64,000 bases of DNA. Origin: Lepidodermella squamata. Taxonomy: Eukaryota > Animalia > Gastrotricha. Positions 59,601-64,000 of the stretch are shown piece after piece (position 1 is the first letter of the stretch; each line of letters starts with the position of its first letter). The stretch spans positions 1,488,001-1,552,000 of the forward strand of contig JBLDXI010000019.1 in the NCBI GenBank assembly GCA_047495785.1. Direction: 5' to 3'. The notes under the pieces are model-generated. The model did not search any database and was not told the origin of the DNA. It worked only from the letters and a program-made list of their open reading frames with translations. Made by a program: the position numbers and the translations under genes.

Positions 59601-62600
59601 AACCTTTGAGCTGAACAAACAACGGCGAGAGGTTATGCATCGGACTATCACGTTCCTAATGAAATTCATGAGTGACCTACCGAGAGAGGCGGCGAGAGAA
59701 CGTGCGGTGCCGATCCCGGCGCCGGGGCACAACGGCCCAGCCGCGAGTGCCCAAAATCACGCGCATTCAACTTCGACGCGCGATAATTTCCACGACAGCA
59801 AAACGCAGAATTCGTTGTTTCGCCTTTTGAATCACCTTCTCGGCTTCAACCCAACTGTTCGAAATATCACCGTCGAACCCGAGCGGTTTCGCCGATCTGT
59901 TGTTTTCAACGCATTTATGGGCCAATTACCGGCGTTGGTCGATCGAAATCTCGAGATTGGCCGAACTTTAATGCCGGCGATTCTTGTCATGATGCAACAT
60001 TGCTGCGTTTCATCGACTGAAGACAGCAATAAAGCGCCGACCCTCGCCCCGTTACATCACTTCATCCGGCGTGATTGGCTTATGGCTTTGACGGCGATTC
60101 TGTACAAATACGACTATAACACCGAGCAGTTGTTCACGGATGGGATTGTTAGCTTGATGACGATTGTTATCGCCACGTTGCATTCAGCTACTCACGACTG
60201 TATCGGAGCTCATTCATCCGGCGATTATTCGTTCCATTCCTCCGCGGCCTTTCAACCCGGGTTGAAGCGGTCGTTGAGTTTGACGAATATGAGAGGGTCA
60301 ACTTCATGGTCGGCAACCCCTGAACCTGATGTGTTACCCAGCACAGTTTCGCCGGGTCTAGCCTTTGGAGTTCAGGCCCAGGCGCATGGCAATCTCGACC
60401 AGTCTATCGGGCATGTCTCGACCAGTTCGAAATCAGCCTTCTCGCTATTTCCACGGGGTGGCCAGAAAAAGGGCGGCCTCCGCGATATTCTAGTCGAGGC
60501 TACGAAAACTTCAATGGCTAAAGCGCCGAGCGTCCACGCCGCTAGTCAACAACAGGCACAGGCTAGTGACGATAACGACGCAGCCCTAGCCCGCCGTCGC
60601 TGCACTATGGCCTGTTCGATTTGCGGCGAACCGATTCTATCAATGTCGCCCGAAACCGTTGGCCTTTGCATTGTGTCTCTATGCGCTTTTGTGCATCGCG
60701 AGCCGGCTCTTGCCGCTCCGTTATTACTCGACGCGCTTCAAATTGTCGCTCGAGTGTCTAATTCCTTCCAATATTTCTGGCAGAAGGAAGACGTGTATGT
60801 TCATATTCCTGGAAATTGCGTATCTGTCGCGAAACAATTCTTGCGGATGTCGATGTGTCAACTTCAGCCGAACGGAGTTGTGCCTCTTTTATTCTCGAGT
60901 CGAATCTCTAGACCCCGCCAATTTTTCGGCGCGTTAGCCGCATCTTTACACGACTACCACGAATTGACGAATAGCGGGTTGTTGCTCGATCTAGTTCGAA
61001 ATCTGAACTCGAAAAAGTCGTTGAATCTGGAGAATACAGATCAAATTCTAGCGAATTTGGACGTTTATTTGAGTCACGTGACCCTGGAAAACATCCCGCC
61101 GTCTGAGGAACTCGACCTTCAAGTTCCGCAGCTGTTGACGAAGCTGAGCCTATCGCCTCAAATTCTTCAATCAGCGAATAAAACTATTTTCAACGTATTG
61201 GGCCATATGTTCCGCTTATTGCATCCGATTGCTAGTCGCGATTTGCTGGACGCTGCTTGTAAATTGGTCGCTGCGATTCTCCACGAGCCGAATACAAGTA
61301 TCCCAGTCCAGGCTATGGTCAATTTATTCAATGCTATTAGCCGTTGTTACGCGAAAGAGCGAGATCGTCGTGTTTTTGTTCAATTCGTCTGTGCCGAGAT
61401 GTTACACGTCATTCGTTGTACTGGCCTGGTTAATTATGCTAACGCTGTTTCGTTGCTACTGTTCATCTCACTCGATGCTTGCCGTATCAGCCCGCCGTTG
61501 ACATCGCATCTCGATCAACGAATCTGCGACCCAGCCTCTGGGGTCCCACTAGACGCGAATTCTCTCGTCAGTCATGGTGTCACCCTAACAGGAGGCGCTT
61601 TAACCGTCCCAGCGAATGTCGCAGATCTCCTGAAGCCGTATTTGACTGATCTAATGAATTTCGTTACCGATTTGCATGCGATTGTTAACATGAAAGTTGC
61701 GTTGAAGGGCCTGGAAACGCCGTTATTGGAAGATGTTGGAGGAGGTTATATCAAGTCGATGGTTGCTCAAATTGCTTCCTGTCTGCTGGCTGATGCGACT
61801 AGTGCTGATCCTCGATCGCTGGGTCGATATATCCCGTGGCTGGTTCAGAATTCACAGAACAGCTCACCTGACGTGTAAGATTTATTTTCATAAAAATCAT
61901 TGAAAATTAACGAACAATTTAATTTGAGAAAAATTTTAATTTGAAAATGTGAAATTAATTGAAATGATTGAAATTGATTATTAATTTGATTGGCTGGTTC
62001 ATTGAAATAATTGAATTGAAATTGAAATTAATTTTAGTCTGAAAAATTTAATTTGTATATATTTTGCAGAATGAAGCAATTCAGCGAAACTCTGGAGCAT
62101 ATTCGATGCCTGTCATGGCTTTTAATCGGCGCTCTGAGCCAAATGGCACTAACTGCCCGGCCCTGTGCGCCAATCCCAACTGATATGCACAGCCGAGTTT
62201 CCGATCAAATCCTCCTAGTCCTATCATCCTACGTCGATCACGAGACGGCCTCAGTCGCTCATATGACAGCGCTATTTCATGCTTTTCTACTCTGCGAATT
62301 GTGGACACTTTACGTGGAGCAACTCGTCGTTTATTCGCCGACTTCCCCATCACCGCTCTCAGGAACAGGCCACATTTGCACTTCTGCATCTGAATTCTGG
62401 GCCAAAGTCACGCCCACCTTAATTCATCTGTTCAGCGTTACGGGCGAGCGATTGACCGCTCGTCTAACTGAGTTATTCACCCTGCACTTCGTAAATTTGA
62501 TCGAGTCACTACAACGAGCTCGATCGTCGACTCTGGCTAGTCTAATGCCACTCTGGTCGCCGATTTTATTCTCAGCCTTTTCGGGCACGCTCTCTGGCAA

Positions 62601-62799
62601 TACGAATGTCCGCCTTCAAAATGTTTTAAGCTGGATGCCCCCGGCGCCGGGTGATGTTTTCACATTGCTGCCAGATCGAGAAACAATCGCACCAAGCGAT
62701 TCGGCCTACAACATCTTGGCTTGTTTGGCAAAACTACGCTTTAAATTATCGCAAATCGAGGTTCAATCTTCGGCTGCCGTTCGTTTGTACCGCGTTTGA
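53631..62799 (+). CDS. UNC79: Protein unc-79 homolog (NALCN channelosome subunit)
   Basis: N-terminus MTTKSATFTAKIKALTDFHN..GSDVANSLKYFNQTLLGILRDVP, FPNLAYSALF, YTAESTS, LLFHYWP, FVHREPALAAPLLLD, C-terminus FKLSQIEVQSSAAVRLYRV. About 11 exons, including a 63-nt exon at 58850-58912. Confidence 0.9.
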
Positions 62800-63188
62800 A
62801 AATGACGAATGAATTAACAGTGCAAACAAATATTGTGTGATTATTTTGTATTTTTTGGAGTATTTTCTCACCCCTGGTTTTTCATCGCTCATTGTTGCTT
62901 ATGAACATATCATTTTTCTAGTCGAAAGCTAAATCTCTTCGTTTGAGTCGAATCTTTATTGCTGCTTGCCCTGACTGCCGTATTTTTATAAAACTGCCAT
63001 TACTTTTTTGTCAATTTGTCGTGTCAAGTCTTCTTAGACGGTGCCTCTCGGACGAGAAATCCTATTGCATGCATTTTTCTATACTATTTTTCTATATATT
63101 TATTTTAGCGCGTCAAATATTGTCATTAAAATTCTCCTTAATTATGGTCTTATTTTTCTAATTTTTAGGGATTTAATTTAAGTTTAAG

Positions 63189-63683
63189 ATGGCTTTGGCT
63201 GATTTGCCGTGCTACACCTTGATCCACGCTTCTGCCGATCAGGAGCCGATCAATGAGATGAACATCCGTCAAACCTTCGAAAAGGGACGCCCTAACGAGA
63301 AAGCCGATGCTTTGAAACGCGTCATCGTCGCCATCATCGCTGGTGAAAAAATGAGCCCTTCCATGCTGATGGCTGTGATCCGCTTCGTCATGCCCACGCA
63401 CGATCATTTGATCAAAAAATTGCTGTTGATTTTCTGGGAGGTTGTGCCGAAACACGGCGCCGATGGCAAGCTGTTGCATGAGATGATTTTGGTCTGCGAT
63501 GCCTATCGTAAAGATCTGCAGCACCCTAACGAGTTCTTGCGTGGCTCAACTTTGCGTTTTCTGTGCAAGTTGAAGGATCACGAGCTGCTTGAACCACTCA
63601 TGCCGGCTATTAAGGCCTGCTTGGACCATCGCCATTCATACGTTCGTCGCAACGCTGTTATGGCTATCTTCACTATTTACAAG
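63189..63683 (+). CDS. COPB1: Coatomer subunit beta, first coding exon (gene continues beyond the window)
   Basis: [72 protein letters not shown]; donor AA|GTAAGT at 63684. Confidence 0.95.
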
Positions 63684-64000
63684 TAAGTCGAAAAACTCTA
63701 CATTTTCAAAGTGAAATGCATTACTTCAAATTTGAAGCCAGCTTTATCAGTGACTTCTTGAATTGATTAAAATCGCTTAAATGTTCTTTTTAATTACCTA
63801 AATTTCAAGAAAATCACGAACTTCTTGCGAGTCTTGAAAAAATCGTCGGCCAGTTTTTAACCACAGGTAGCTCTTAGGTATGGCTAACGCCAGGTAAAAT
63901 TGTGCTCTTATCGGGTCATCTACTGTTTCGTAGCAAAAATTTCAAATGCCTTCGATCACAACCCTGATTTGACCTTGCGAGAAAGCATCAATTATTTCGA

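Overview
Compact invertebrate animal (bilaterian) genomic DNA, read in the standard code, with GT-AG introns whose modal length is about 45-60 nt. The left half (1-31.7 kb) is a block of secreted or cell-surface genes. It holds a CUB-LDLa single-pass receptor (5' end outside the window), an IgGFc-binding/SUEL/F5-8C/Sushi mosaic protein, and two tandem copies of a ~1730-aa secreted multi-lectin gene (PAN, F5/8C, LamG and F-type lectin domains). A decayed non-LTR RT, MITEs and a third 5' gene fragment lie between the copies, and a mucin-like protein with an ankyrin-like C-terminus follows. The right half holds a divergent nuclear receptor and two divergent runs of housekeeping genes: minus strand TFIIB-ZW10-DNAJC22-UBIAD1-MYO6, plus strand PUS10-UNC79-COPB1. 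Three signals stand out. (1) At each junction in these runs a poly(A) hexamer is followed 24-52 nt later by a splice acceptor, suggesting trans-spliced operons from one bidirectional promoter. (2) Many long introns (176 nt to 3.4 kb) are closed by a stem, often with G-U pairs, that starts ~8-15 nt after the donor and ends ~29-44 nt before the acceptor, so the unpaired length matches the ~50-nt short introns. (3) The duplicated lectin appears to carry an F-type lectin domain split by a ~980-aa five-domain insertion, and the copies show gene-conversion mosaicism and possible promoter replacement. Domain and gene calls come from motif recognition by eye, not from database searches, and the taxon cannot be fixed from this window.
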